Assembly: GCF_006345805.1 (NCBI RefSeq)
Contig: NC_042999.1
Location: forward strand, 174,220,001-174,284,000
DNA length: 64,000 nucleotides
Origin: Octopus sinensis
Taxonomy: Eukaryota
Direction: 5' to 3'
Both the position numbers and the translations under genes were made by a program. This document shows positions 1-12,702 of this stretch, piece after piece. The notes under the pieces are model-generated. The model searched no databases and had not been told where the DNA came from. It was given only the letters and a program-made list of their open reading frames with translations. Numbering within the stretch: position 1 is the first letter of the stretch; every line of letters begins with the position of its first letter.

Positions 1-78
<78 letters not shown>
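1..78. repeat. (TAGA)n microsatellite
   Basis: Direct tetranucleotide repeat running to the window edge. Confidence 0.98.
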
Positions 79-804
79 CTGGGTCATCCCATAAATAATG
101 AGGTTTTGGCAAGTGCATTAACAAAACGTCGGAGGGGGACGACATAAACTTCCTGCATCAACTTGCTATAAAAACAGGTAGTAAATTCTGCCTTGTACTT
201 ATTATTACTGCAAGTTTTGAAGAGTGCAGTTAGACTATAACAGTTATTTTTTCAAAGCTATAATGGAAATGGTAAAGAAGCATATTCGGTATATTTTGCT
301 TTATGAGTTCAATAAAGGCGACAACGCAACGGGAAGTGCGAGGAATATTAATTCAGTATATAGAGACTGGACAATAACCGTAAACCAGTGTCAACAGTGA
401 TTCCAGAAATTTCGAGCCGAAAACTACAGCCTAGATGACGATCCTCGTGCTGAAAGATCTGTACAGCTCAACGAGGGCGTCCTGCAAACCCTGGTGTAAC
501 AAACTCGCAAACCCTGGTGTAACCATATTCGCCGACCATTGCCCAATCTGATTATCATTTATTCTGCAGTCTTCAAAATTATTTGGACGGAAAAAATATG
601 AATTCTGTAGACGAGGTCAGGACAGTACTAGAGGAGTATTTTTCGTCACGGTCAAGTGAATTTTGGAATAGAAGCCTTGCAAGTCTACCAGATAGACAGA
701 AGAGCATTGTAGAAAATGAAGGAGAGTATATTTTGGATTTAAAAAGAACTTGTTTATCCTAATTTGAAAAGTAAAAAAACTGCATTATTTATTGGATGAC
801 CTAA
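79..804 (+). mobile_element. Internally deleted mariner (Tc1/mariner) DNA transposon
   Basis: Imperfect TIRs (CTGGGTCATCCCATAAATAATGAGGTTTT at 79; reverse complement of the right end TTAGGTCATCCAATAAATAATGCAGTTTT) with flanking TA at 77-78 and 805-806. N-terminal transposase remnant (RYILLYEFNKGDNAT; FQKFRAENYSLDDDPR) joins directly to C-terminal PYSPTIAQSDYHLFCSLQNYLDGK...ENEGEYIL from 523, matching the mariner YSPDLAPxD region. Confidence 0.92.
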
Positions 805-809
805 TATAT

Positions 810-875
<66 letters not shown>

Positions 876-922
876 ATAATATAATATATATATATACATA
901 CATACATACATACATACATACA

Positions 923-954
<32 letters not shown>

Positions 955-1000
955 CATATATATATATAAAATATATATACAATATATACATAATTATATA

Positions 1001-1044
<44 letters not shown>
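805..1044. repeat. Compound (TA)n-(TACA)n-(TA)n microsatellite
   Basis: Direct; explains ORFs 754..957, 785..1078 and part of 1002..1211. Confidence 0.97.
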
Positions 1045-1045
<1 letters not shown>

Positions 1046-1051
<6 letters not shown>

Positions 1052-1815
1052 CATCCACTCGTGACCGAGGAAGACCATTGCTGACCTTCAGGAACATTGT
1101 GATCTCTAGGACTAATTTATATTTTGTATTTGCGGCTCTATTGGTGGCTAATGAGTCCTGCTCTTGACAAGCGTACACGACTGCAAACATCGCAAACCAA
1201 GCTTTCTCCATTCTATTTCTTTACAACCCACAAAGGGTTAAACACAGAGGGGACAAACAAGGACAGACAAACGGATTAAGTCGATTATATCGACCCCAGT
1301 GTGTAACTGGTACTTATTTAATCGACCCCGAAAGGATGAAAGGCAAAGTCGACCTCGGCGGAATTTGAACTCAGAACTCAGAACGTAGCGGCAGACGAAA
1401 TACTGCTAAGCATTTCACCCGGCGTGCTAACGATTCTGCCAGCTCGCCGCCTTTCTCCATTCACTACACCAGCGATGCGCTTTCGAGCACCATGCTTAAG
1501 TTCTTCATGCAGAATACGTGCTCTCTCAAAAGTGTCGGTCCCCTCCTTAACCTGCTTCCTCCATCTGTGGTGATGACAGGCAGTGTTCTTCCAGTCAGTC
1601 TCCTGAATATCACAGGCCTTTAATGAGTACTTGACACAGTCCTTAAATCGCAGCCTTGGTTTCTACCGGGGTCTATTTCCATTCACAAGTTCCTCATATA
1701 GCATCTGCTTAGGGATCCTGTTATCCTTCATTCTAATAAGGTGTCCAGTCCAACGTAATCGGTGCTTGTGCACCATCGCCTCAATACTCAAGATATTAGC
1801 TGTCCTCAGGACATG
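1046..1815 (-). mobile_element. RTE (BovB-like) LINE 3' fragment, interrupted by a SINE
   Basis: Minus-strand translation ILSIEAMVHKHRLRWTGHLIRMKDNRIPKQMLYEELVNG...RFKDCVK, then C-terminal CDVCSRV..SRAGLISH; typical RTE C-terminus with a short 3' UTR. Confidence 0.85.
1214..1450 (-). mobile_element. tRNA-derived SINE family A (Meta-like body GCCTTTCATCCTTTCGGGGTCGAT), tail type 1
   Basis: Head GGCGGCGAGCTGGCAGAATCGTTAGC, B box GAGTTCAAATTCC; 12-bp TSD CTTTCTCCATTC at 1202-1213 and 1451-1462. Confidence 0.92.
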
Positions 1816-1842
1816 GTGTCTATAGTTTTTAAGGCCCAGTCA

Positions 1843-1921
<79 letters not shown>

Positions 1922-1954
1922 ATCAAAATAAGCAACAAGGATATCCAAGGTAGA

Positions 1955-2040
1955 GTAGTACAAATGTTTCATGCTACTTCATTTTATTAAACACTGTAAG
2001 TATTACATCAGTTTTAAAATGTCGAGCAATCTTCAGCCAC
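1955..2040 (-). ncRNA. Type-I hammerhead ribozyme motif (intact core)
   Basis: GUGG-CUGAAGA-[59-nt foldable stem II]-GAA-ACAUUUGU-A-CUAC; stem I GUGG/CUAC, cleavage triplet GUA. Confidence 0.7.
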
Positions 2041-2301
2041 AAATAGAATTTTCCAATTAAACCCCTTCATTTATCTATAAATAGAAAAATTCTTGTCTCC
2101 ATTCAACCAAGAATAAAAAAATCCCCTTCCCACTGATAGATCTAAATAACAAAGTGAACTCAATGATAAAATATACAGACGGATAATGAATATACTACTA
2201 TCATGTTCTTAAGAATGTCTATATATCTACCCTCTTTATAATGATGCAAATGAAATAGGGATAAGAATGTGCATTGTCCGTTTAATTGGAGAATTCTATA
2301 T

Positions 2302-2387
2302 GTGGCTGAAGTTTGCTCGACATTTTAAAACTGATGTAATACTTACAGTGTTTAATAAAATGAAGTAGCATGAAACAATTGTACTAC
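2302..2387 (+). ncRNA. Type-I hammerhead ribozyme motif (A9U core variant)
   Basis: GUGG-CUGAAGU-[59 nt]-GAA-ACAAUUGU(palindrome)-A-CUAC. Confidence 0.65.
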
Positions 2388-2498
2388 TCTACCTTGGATA
2401 TCCTTGTTGCTTATTTTGATTTTAATCACCTTATTTTGAAATTGTATGGCTAATACCGTGCTAAATTCTGGTGCCTCAACGTACGTACCATATTCATC

Positions 2499-2536
<38 letters not shown>

Positions 2537-2539
<3 letters not shown>

Positions 2540-3663
2540 GTATCTGATGTCTCCTGAGATCGCTGATTTTGTGACTTTTTATAATTTAGAAAGCAGTATC
2601 CATTCTCTGTATACAGTTTGAATAATAATCATCTAAAAATCAGATCTTCCTATTTTACATAGCTTTAACCCAGTTTATGAAAATAATGATATATACTAAA
2701 AGTAAATATTAGCGTACTACGCAAGATTTGTGGAGAGTATGAAAGGTAATGTTTACCATTTCAATAAACATATAATTTAGTCTTGCTCTGAAAGTAGACA
2801 AAGCGATTACACTACATATTTTTATCTCTTCGTGAATCAGTCTATTTCAAGTACTGTCAGATCATTATCAGGGAAAGAATGCTTTCATCTACTGTTTGCA
2901 TGAAGCTCTAATATTGTAAACAACTTGGAAAGAGATAAACTCGCTGAAGTCATTTGCATTAGAATGCATGCATACGCTGACAACATAGATTGATTTTCCA
3001 TTATACAGCGGTTTGTGAATAATTATAATTAAAAAGAACATTTTAATAAATATAATTCTTATCCACCGCTAAAAGCAAATGAAATGGTTATATGACAAAT
3101 TTTATCTTCCAGTAGATAGAAAAGTGAATCATCCAAATTATTTCTAGTCCTGATATACCGTAATAACTGAAAGGGCCACATCTTTTCAAAGATTACTAAC
3201 AGCTATTTATAGTGAATACAAACACGAACTGAGATAAAATGAAACCCGAATAAGGTCCGAATATTGACTAAGGGTGTTCATAGAACTTTTAGTCAACGGA
3301 GAAATAGTTAAATTTGCCATGTATTTATGTTATGTAGGTTTACATACATTATATCGTATCTTTGTATTCCATAGACTGGGACCCCGCCTTCCTTGAAAGG
3401 CCACTGATATGAATAAAGTATTCAACACTTATGCCATGCAAATTAGTAGCTTCTTTTCCTTGAAACTTCTGGACTTGTGTATATAAACAGATCAACTGTT
3501 TATTTTTCTGGGATTGGTCAAGTGATGTAGATACTTCAGATGAGACGGCAATAAGGATGGAAAATCGATTAAGGTTGTTCATCATATTTCAGGAATGTCG
3601 TTAAACCTGCCATGCTTGTATTCCTGCTACCTAGATTCGCATATATACATGCGTGTGTGCATT

Positions 3664-3741
<78 letters not shown>

Positions 3742-4867
3742 GTATCTGATGTCTCCTGAGATCGCTGATTTTGTGACTTTTTATAATTTAGAAAGCAGTA
3801 TCCATTCTCTGTATACAGTTTGAATAATAATCATCTAAAAATCAGATCTTCCTATTTTACATAGCTTTAACCCAGTTTATGAAAATAATGATATATACTA
3901 AAAGTAAATATTAGCGTACTACGCAAGATTTGTGGAGAGTATGAAAGGTAATGTTTACCATTTCAATAAACATATAATTTAGTCTTGCTCTGAAAGTAGA
4001 CAAAGCGATTACACTACATATTTTTATCTCTTCGTGAATCAGTCTATTTCAAGTACTGTCAGATCATTATCAGGGAAAGAATGCTTTCATCTACTGTTTG
4101 CATGAAGCTCTAATATTGTAAACAAACTTGGAAAGAGATAAACTCGCTGAAGTCATTTGCATTAGAATGCATGCATACGCTGACAACATAGATTGATTTT
4201 CCATTATACAGCGGTTTGTGAATAATTATAATTAAAAAGAACATTTTAATAAATATATAATTCTTATCCACCGCTAAAAGCAAATGAAATGGTTATATGA
4301 CAAATTTTATCTTCCAGTAGATAGAAAAGTGAATCATCCAAATTATTTCTAGTCCTGATATACCGTAATAACTGAAAGGGCCACATCTTTTCAAAGATTA
4401 CTAACAGCTATTTATAGTGAATACAAACACGAACTGAGATAAAATGAAACCCGAATAAGGTCCGAATATTGACTAAGGGTGTTCATAGAACTTTTAGTCA
4501 ACGGAGAAATAGTTAAATTTGCCATGTATTATGTTATGTAGGTTTACATACATTATATCGTATCTTTGTATTCCATAGACTGGGACCCCGCCTTCCTTGA
4601 AAGGCCACTGATATGAATAAAGTATTCAACACTTATGCCATGCAAATTAGTAGCTTCTTTTCCTTGAAACTTCTGGACTTGTGTATATAAACAGATCAAC
4701 TGTTTATTTTTCTGGGATTGGTCAAGTGATGTAGATACTTCAGATGAGACGGCAATAAGGATGGAAAATCGATTAAGGTTGTTCATCATATTTCAGGAAT
4801 GTCGTTAAACCTGCCATGCTTGTATTCCTGCTACCTAGATTCGCATATATACATGCGTGTGTGCATT

Positions 4868-4917
<50 letters not shown>
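2537..4917. repeat. Two-copy tandem duplication, period about 1.2 kb, units bounded by (TA)n
   Basis: Unit starts CACGTATCTGATGTCTCC at 2537 and 3739; identical 78-aa ORFs at 3349..3585 and 4553..4789. Confidence 0.95.
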
Positions 4918-4920
<3 letters not shown>

Positions 4921-5201
4921 GCATACGTATATATGCATGCATACATACGCGCACACGTGTATGTGCGTTTGTGTGTGTATTAGAGAGTCTAGGTAGTAGG
5001 CAAACGAACATGACAGATTTAACTATTTTTCCATAGACTAAAAAAATGAACTACCTTACTCGATTTTCGATCCTTATTGGGTTTTCATAACTCGTTTCCA
5101 TAGAAGAAACCGATAAAATACAGGAGCTATCAGTCCTATAGAGAATGGAAATAATAATAAGAATAAATAAATGTATATATATATATTCTCTCTATATATT
5201 C

Positions 5202-5234
<33 letters not shown>

Positions 5235-6076
5235 TAGAGATTCATTTATCTATTCTTATTATTTCCATTCTCTATCGGACTGATAGCTCCAGTACCTTAT
5301 CGGTTTCTTCTAAGGAAACAAGTAAGTCGGCCCTCGTCCAACACCAATGCATTTGCAGGCATATATGTTCATATATGTATGTGCATCTACATACATATGC
5401 GTAGATGAGGGTCTCATGCCGGTGTGTAATGTAATTAAGTGAGTATGTACTTACTGTTGTAAGTGGAATATTAGCAATAATATTTATTTTCAATGATGAG
5501 TTCGTGTGAGTCGCAATTTGAATCTCTTGTTTTTGGCATTTAAACAACAGGCTTTGTGGCTTTTGAAGCATTCTTCTGTACCCATCGATTGGATCTGGTA
5601 GAATAACATTGAAAACATCTTTGGCAGCAATTCCCGATTGCACAGGTGGGTAAGTGGTGAAACAAAAAAAAGCTAAATAAAATTATTAGAATTTTCTGAG
5701 GATTTCTAAAGATTTTTATTGTGTGGCATTTCTGCTTAGAGCGAATTTCATAGATTTATCGACTTCAACACATGATGAACATACGAATGAACACTTGATC
5801 TTGGGAACAATCGTTTGAAGAATAAAATTTTGTAATGGTATTTTGGATAAAGAGGTTTTCTGGACTGCGACTAAAGAACACACTTATCTTAATTTAACTT
5901 TTCTAATGTTTAATAGATATTTTTAAAAGGAAAGCGTTTAATATTAAGGTCAACTTTGCTCCTTCACGTGCATGTATTATATGAATTCATGGTTGCATTT
6001 TGTAGTACACCCAAAAATACGTGTATTTATTTAGCCATGCATACACATACAAAAAGATGCATGCAGACATACAGAC

Positions 6077-6333
<257 letters not shown>

Positions 6334-7048
6334 TTTAATTTCAAAGTAATTCATGGTTGAGGCGCATTAGTTTTGCTCTGAAGAGCTTATCAAACAAAAG
6401 AAGATTTTTAAATGCTTGATGGAAACAATAAATAAAAGTTTCTGGGACACAATAAGTTTAAGGATTTCTTCAAAGATGAAATCCAGTGGCAGAAATGATT
6501 AGATGATGGCTGTCAACAAGACACGCTTCATTGATTTTACAGACTCTGAGGAAGCGATGTTGTAGCATAATAAAACCTTCACAGGCAGTCACCACTAAGA
6601 CCTCCCAAGCTAAGCAAGAATGGTCGTTCCTACTTATAAAACTTAACAAACAAAATATTTGCAGGTGTGTGCTGATACCTATCAAACTGATATCAAATTA
6701 AGAACGAAAAGTATATTCCTGCCCAAGTCTATCTGACGCATTAAGAATGAATATATACAAAATTTCTTTGATTCTTGTGTCCTCACAATAGCGTGTGTGT
6801 GTGTATGTGTGTGCGTACGCACGCGCGCATTTGTATTGTTTGCATACGTTTGTGTTTGTATATTATGCGTTTGTCTTCTAATTATCTTGGCTAATTTCAG
6901 TTGATCAAGGTTTTTCAACACGCTATATTACAAGCGAAGCCTTTCCCTTTTCATGTTTAATATATTAAAGACACCTTCCGTGCTATTTTCCCCTGACCAT
7001 ATTGTCGTTTTCTATAGTCAGTATCGCTATATTACCAATAGATAAGCG

Positions 7049-7152
7049 TATGTATGTATGTATGTATGTATGTATGTATGTATGTATGTATGTATGTAGG
7101 TATGTATGTATGTATGTATGTATGTATGTATGTATGCATGCATGCATGCATG
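7049..7152. repeat. (TATG)n microsatellite grading into (CATG)n
   Basis: Direct. Confidence 0.95.
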
Positions 7153-7373
7153 TACTGGGTATGTCTTTAAACTGCATCCGGTAGTGGGGCTCTAGTTCAG
7201 GAGTTCCAGGGTTGGAGGAATGTGGAACCCCCTCTTGGTTACTGTTGTTCCTATGTCTACTAGGCGTAGTAGCACCTGTGAAGTTCCCAACTGTGAATAA
7301 TTAACGTATGCGATGGCATTCTATCTGAGCGCGGGGAGGCAGAAATACCTTTGGATAGTAGATAGTATCAGAG

Positions 7374-7753
7374 GCGCAATGGCCCAGTGGTTAGGGCAGC
7401 GGACTCGCGGTCATAGGATCGCGGTTTCGATTCCCAGACCGGACGTTGTGAGTGTTTATTGAGCGAAACACCTAAAAGCTCCACGAGGCTCCGGCAGGGG
7501 ATGGTGGTGATCCCTGCTGTACTCTTTCACCACAACTTTCTCTCACTCTTACTTCCTGTTTCTGTTATACCTGTATTTCAAGGGGCCGGCCTTGTCACTC
7601 TCTGTGTCACGCTGAATATCCCCGAGAACTACGTTAAGGGTACACGTGTCTGTGGAGTGCTCAGCCACTTACACGTTAATTTCATGAGCAGGCTGTTCCG
7701 TTGATTCGGATCAACCGGAACCCTCATCGTCGTAACCGACGGAGTGCTTCCAC
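7374..7753 (+). mobile_element. tRNA-derived SINE family C, full length
   Basis: A box TGGCCCAGTGG, B box GTTTCGATTCC; 10-bp TSD AGTATCAGAG at 7364-7373 and 7754-7763; 3' hairpin GTTCCGTTGATTCGGATCAACCGGAAC. Confidence 0.88.
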
Positions 7754-8089
7754 AGTATCAGAGTGAGCAATAAGACTACCGAGAGTGAGGGACACTTAGC
7801 TGTTATGAGGACACTCTGATGTAAAAGCTGAGTTTTCATGCGATTATTTGTTATCTCGCTTCTTCTACCTGTCACTCGGTACTAATCATAGAGACTCAAA
7901 GAATGACATTCGTCTTTTACAAGAGTTTATCACTATAATCCAACGATGTACAGATGCCTCTTTAGAGTAACCTCGTTAGCCCTTCCATATTCTGAAAACC
8001 CTATAGCTATAGACGAGTGGCAGCGTGTGCAAACCTAACGAGTTAAAAGCTGGCAGTAAGATACAACTTTTGTTTTTCACCTATGCTTC

Positions 8090-8882
8090 AAACCATGCAC
8101 GTTGTTATGGGAGAATCCTGTTCACCTCCACGTGACTGACGAGGGACTAGCTGATTACAATAAACAAGAACGGAGTGAACTGTGAGTGGAGTAGCTGACG
8201 GTGTTAGTTCAACGTGTGTTGGTTTAACAGACGGTAGCTGAACAGTGAAGGCGCATGGCTCAGTGGTTAGAGCGTCGAGCTTACGATCGTGAGGTTGTGA
8301 GCTCGAATCCCGGACCGGGCTGCGTGTTGTGTTCTTGAGCAAGACACTTTATTTCACGTTGCTCTAGTTAACTCAGCTGTAGAAATGAGTTGCGACGTCA
8401 CGGGTGCAAAGCTGTATCGGCCTTTGCCTTTCCCTTGGATAACACTGGTGGCGTGGAGTGGGGAGGCCGGTATGCATGGGTGACTGCTGGTCTTCCATAA
8501 AACCACCTTGCTCAGACTTGTGACTAGGAGGGTAACTTTCTAGGTGCAATCCCATGGTCAGTGTCGTGACTGAAGGGGGTCCCAGATCCCAGCTGAACAG
8601 TGAATACTGAGTAGCGTACGTACGTTCGAGTAGAACGGAGTGCGTTCTGTGTTAGCATACATTTTTGTCATAGGTTATTTTTATTTCGTTTTTGAATTTG
8701 GTTTGCAAGATTCTTTATATGAGTTCGTGTGTTCAAGCATATTCTGTTGTGTGTGGGGAGAGTCATTTTCTTTTTGTGCCTTATAATTTAACACACTCAC
8801 CGGTAAAATTTCCACTTATTTCTTATTTTTATTTTCCTAAAATTTTTGTTGCGTCTTGCAACCTTTTCAATAGTCTTGACTC
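8090..8882 (+). mobile_element. Unclassified interspersed repeat (host of SINE D), copy 1
   Basis: About 8690-8882 aligns at roughly 85% (by eye) to the reverse complement of about 53070-53290; the left boundary is approximate. Confidence 0.6.
8250..8590 (+). mobile_element. tRNA-derived CORE-like SINE family D, full length
   Basis: A box TGGCTCAGTGG, B box GCTCGAATCC, CORE-like TTGAGCAAGACACTTTATTTCAC; 14-bp TSD AGCTGAACAGTGAA at 8236-8249 and 8591-8604. Confidence 0.9.
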
Positions 8883-9449
8883 TCTTATTTTTAGATAACC
8901 ACAACCAACTATTTATTTTTGTAATACCATTTTACACACATCTGCAATGGAACTGAATAGTCATATGAAAGGCAATGAACGGAAAGTCAACGAGAAAGTA
9001 CAAGGAGACAGCAATCATACGTGAGGAGCAGCTGCCATGTATGTATTGACCACTCTTCTACTTAGCCACTGACTAGAACATACTTCCTCTAAGAAATCCA
9101 GTAAGACCGAAGCATGCCTATTGTGTTCACCACTAGTCTTTAAAGACCAAATCCACACCAAACTGCCTGGTTGATATGTTGATATTGTTCAAAAACTTCC
9201 GATTGGCTGAATTTAATGTTGCTTGGTGATTTTAGATTTTAAACACTTCTAGATGAAGTTTAATCAGCTAATTGCTTGAGTATTCTCTTGTGATTGAAAT
9301 TTTGCAACAAGTCAATATATTGCCTATGGAAGATCTTACAGTATTGTGTATTTAAAAAGTTTTTCCAGCGATATTTTACTCAACAATATTGTGTATAAAA
9401 GCATACAGACATGAATAAGTGTGTGTGTGTGTGTGTGTGTGCATGTATA

Positions 9450-9660
9450 TCTTTATCTTTTATCTTTCATTTGTTTCAGTCTTAGACTGCGGCCATGCTA
9501 GTGCACTGACTTGAAGAATTTTAGTCGAACGAATTTACCCCAGTACTTCTTTTAAGCTCGATACTTATTCTATCAATCTCTTTTACCGAACCGCTAGATC
9601 ATGGTGAAGTTAACACACCAACACTGGTTGTCAAGCGGTGGAGGGGACAAACAGATACAC
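9450..9660 (-). mobile_element. SINE family B, 3' half
   Basis: TTGTTTCAGTCTTAGACTGCGGCCATGCT...GGTTGTCAAGCGGTGG matches the 3' half of full copies; breaks at the internal (CA)n. Confidence 0.8.
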
Positions 9661-9675
9661 AAGACACACACACAC

Positions 9676-9711
<36 letters not shown>

Positions 9712-10689
9712 TACACACATACATACACACAAACATACATAAATACACACACACAAATACACACACACACACAAACACACACACATACATATACATATAC
9801 TTATGTGTGTGCGTGGCGGGGTGAGTGTGTGTGTAATGGAAATTGTGTCAAAATCCCGCTCAAACATGTAGATTGGGTTTGCCAATTCGGTTTATAAATA
9901 TCCTCCAAAAACGTTGCTTAAAATTATTCCTAATGCCCAATAGAATTTGTAAACTAAAGACATCAGGTTAATTTCTACTTTAAGGATTCTTTTCCATGAT
10001 ACCAAACTATAGGTCCTCTGTCGTTCTTCGTTCTAAACCAAAGATCCACAGATAACATATAACTTCAGGCAAAAATCAGCCTCATTGTTTTTGAAATTTT
10101 AACAGAGTTATCAAGATGAGTTCATTTTATTACTAATGTAATAGAAATAGAAATAAGAAAACTTACACGAAATATTTACTCAATGAAATCGGTTTCCATG
10201 CAAGATCAAGCAATAAATTAAAGCTTTTGGAGCGTTAAAAATCAATCACTAAAGTATATCTAAGTACAAAGAAGTTGGCCTTTGTAGGTTTTTGCCTGTT
10301 AGCTTAAAAAGAAACATGTAAAGTATATCTTATTTTTCATTAGGACTAACGGTACATGTGCATCGAAAGATCAGAAAAAATGTTTATTGCAACTCTGAGT
10401 CTTCAGGTTCCACTTCAATTACAAATTCCTTTGATTAACTTTTCTTTAGAAATTTACAGTTTTTTCCACATTTATCTCTGGATTTCAGAGTTATTTCATG
10501 TATGCGTTCTTTCGACGACTTACAGAAATTATTGGAAAGAAACCTTGAGGCAGTCGTTTCCTGTTCATTTTTTTATACTTTTCGATACAATCTAATTCAT
10601 TAAAAAAACCGCTTGATATATCTGTATCCCTTAAAGACTTCCTTACTTAGGTTTTCCATCGAATATATTGATAACTTTCTCCTCCCTCA

Positions 10690-12150
10690 GTAGAGGTTCC
10701 TTTTACGACTACAACCCAAGCCTCGAATGTGCAGCTTTGATCAGAGGCAGGATATGTAAATGTTTGGATGCAGAGGCCAGATAATACTCAACGTTAATGC
10801 TTCTTTTTCCATATTTCTTCTTAATGCTGGATGCTTTTCTCTTCCATATTTTCATATCCACCCCTACGACAAGGATGCCAGTGTGAATTTGGGTAGCTAT
10901 GTCTCCCACTCTGGAATATTTCTTCTCTTGAAAGTGGCCTTTGGTTGATCTTTGAACCGCTATTTCTATTTAAGTAGAAAAGTGAGCCAAATATGCGCAA
11001 TATGTATTGAGTCGGTTTAGTGGATGTCTGTATAGTGCAGTGTCAGTTTGACAAAGGACTTCTGTGACTAAGGGGATTTTCTGCAGAAGCTGAATGTCAA
11101 ACATCTCAAACTTTTCAATGCATCGGTTGTATGTAGGTGTGTCTCGCATCCGTACAGGAAAATGGAAATACAAAGTACCAACTACACGAGACACATGGTA
11201 TGGAGTCTAAGAGAGTTCTTTAGAAAACTTTTTTCTAAGCCTTCTACATGCTACAGAAGCCTGTCTAATACGATTTAGAGTCTTCCTTTAGAGAGGGCAT
11301 TCATCATAAATTTTGCTACTAAAGCGATGAATTGGGAAGATGTGTTTAGTTCCTACTATTAAAATAGGAGTGAAGAGAGAAGAATGTAGTATACCATTAA
11401 CTAATGACCTTTTTTCTGGACCTTAATTTCAAACCCATTCTTTTAAAAACTTCAACAAATGTAAAGATGGTGACTTATAGAGGACCTGGAGTGTGTTACC
11501 AGAGCACAGTAGTCATCCACACACTGTATGTTGCTCAACTATCGGTTGAACTACAAACAGTGTGCTGATGACTTAGCTCAAATCGGAAGGATCAGTTCCG
11601 ATCTGAATTAAGCTGTGTGTTGTAGCCTTCGGATGTTGAAAAGATATTTGTTGAGTAAAAAGTTTGGTGAATCCCCCTCACTTTCTATTCTTTTACATGG
11701 CAGTAGGGTTACATAGATGGGGGAAATATCAAATAATACAGAAGCCAACATACAACCTTATTTTTACACTAAAGGGCTCAAATTTCAGGCCGCCAACTCT
11801 GGAAATAATCCCTTTGGGGAACTGGAACTAGCATAGGAGATTTTACGAATTTGGGTAAACCACCAAACTTTCTGAGAACATTGCACATAATTTCCCTGAT
11901 TTCTATGTCAAAATATCTTTGGTAGCTCTACAAATGCAATGAAAAGATCTTGGTGTTGTTCCTTGAATTTCACAACTACCCTATAACGAAGATCGTGCCA
12001 ATTGTGTTCCGATTGCTGCGGAAGCGATACTGTGAACTTGGTGTGATGTACTCTAATATTGAGTGTATCAGTCCTTTAAGAACGATAAGCAGCAGTGCTA
12101 TACCTCTTCTGAAGAGCAATGTTATTTGTCTTCTTTGTTCATATAGTAAT
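10690..12150 (-). mobile_element. Heavily decayed RTE LINE (RT to C-terminus)
   Basis: Minus-strand remnants SQYRFRSNRNTI, KEQHQDLFIAFVELPK, GDSP, CVDDYCAL (YADD-like), VTEVL and C-terminal AAHSRLGL, in the expected order with many frameshifts. Confidence 0.65.
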
Positions 12151-12702
12151 ATACACCTGGTTTTATATTCTTTTCATGTAGATAAGCAAAAACGACTGGA
12201 TAGCTAGATCTCATGAATTCGACTTTCTAACAAATTCACCTTTTCATAAAGTTTAAATAAAGGATAAAAGGATCTAAGTAGTTTCTAACAACTATTTATC
12301 CTGTCCTTAATCCGAAATGAACTACAGATTTTGTTCCTACATAATGAGTCTAAAGTATTTAGACTTTATAGATTGCGCGCTTTTTGATAAAGCTCTAAAA
12401 CAGCTTGAAGTGACTTATATGAAACAAGCCAGTGAAATTTATGCCAAATACATTCAAAGGCCTAATTTTAAAGCTATAACACCAGCAGAAAATAAATCGT
12501 CGTTTATAAGCCATTCTTCTCTGAGTAACATACATCAAACATTATCAAGACTACAGGGAAAGAGAATAAGATGCTAATATAAGACGATGGAAGAATGCTG
12601 GGTTTCTTCCACATTGTAACAAATGCTTGTTGCATCTGAGTAAGCTTCTGATGTTAACGAGAGGAATTAAAGTGATAACGATTCTGCCAACTCTCCGCCT
12701 TG

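Larger units (their letters stand above)
1921..2421. mobile_element. Inverted pair of Penelope-like terminal repeats (about 142-bp arms, about 217-bp spacer)
   Basis: 1921-2062 is the near-perfect reverse complement of 2280-2421; each arm contains a hammerhead fold pointing outward. Confidence 0.8.

Noticed and set aside
5551-5649. Acceptor/donor-flanked 99-bp candidate exon (CAG...GG|GTAAGT)
   Set aside because: Stop codons in all three frames.
7374-8330. tRNA-like sequences with A/B boxes (7374, 8250 and other SINE heads)
   Set aside because: No acceptor stem closure; they continue into SINE bodies with TSDs, so they are not tRNA genes.
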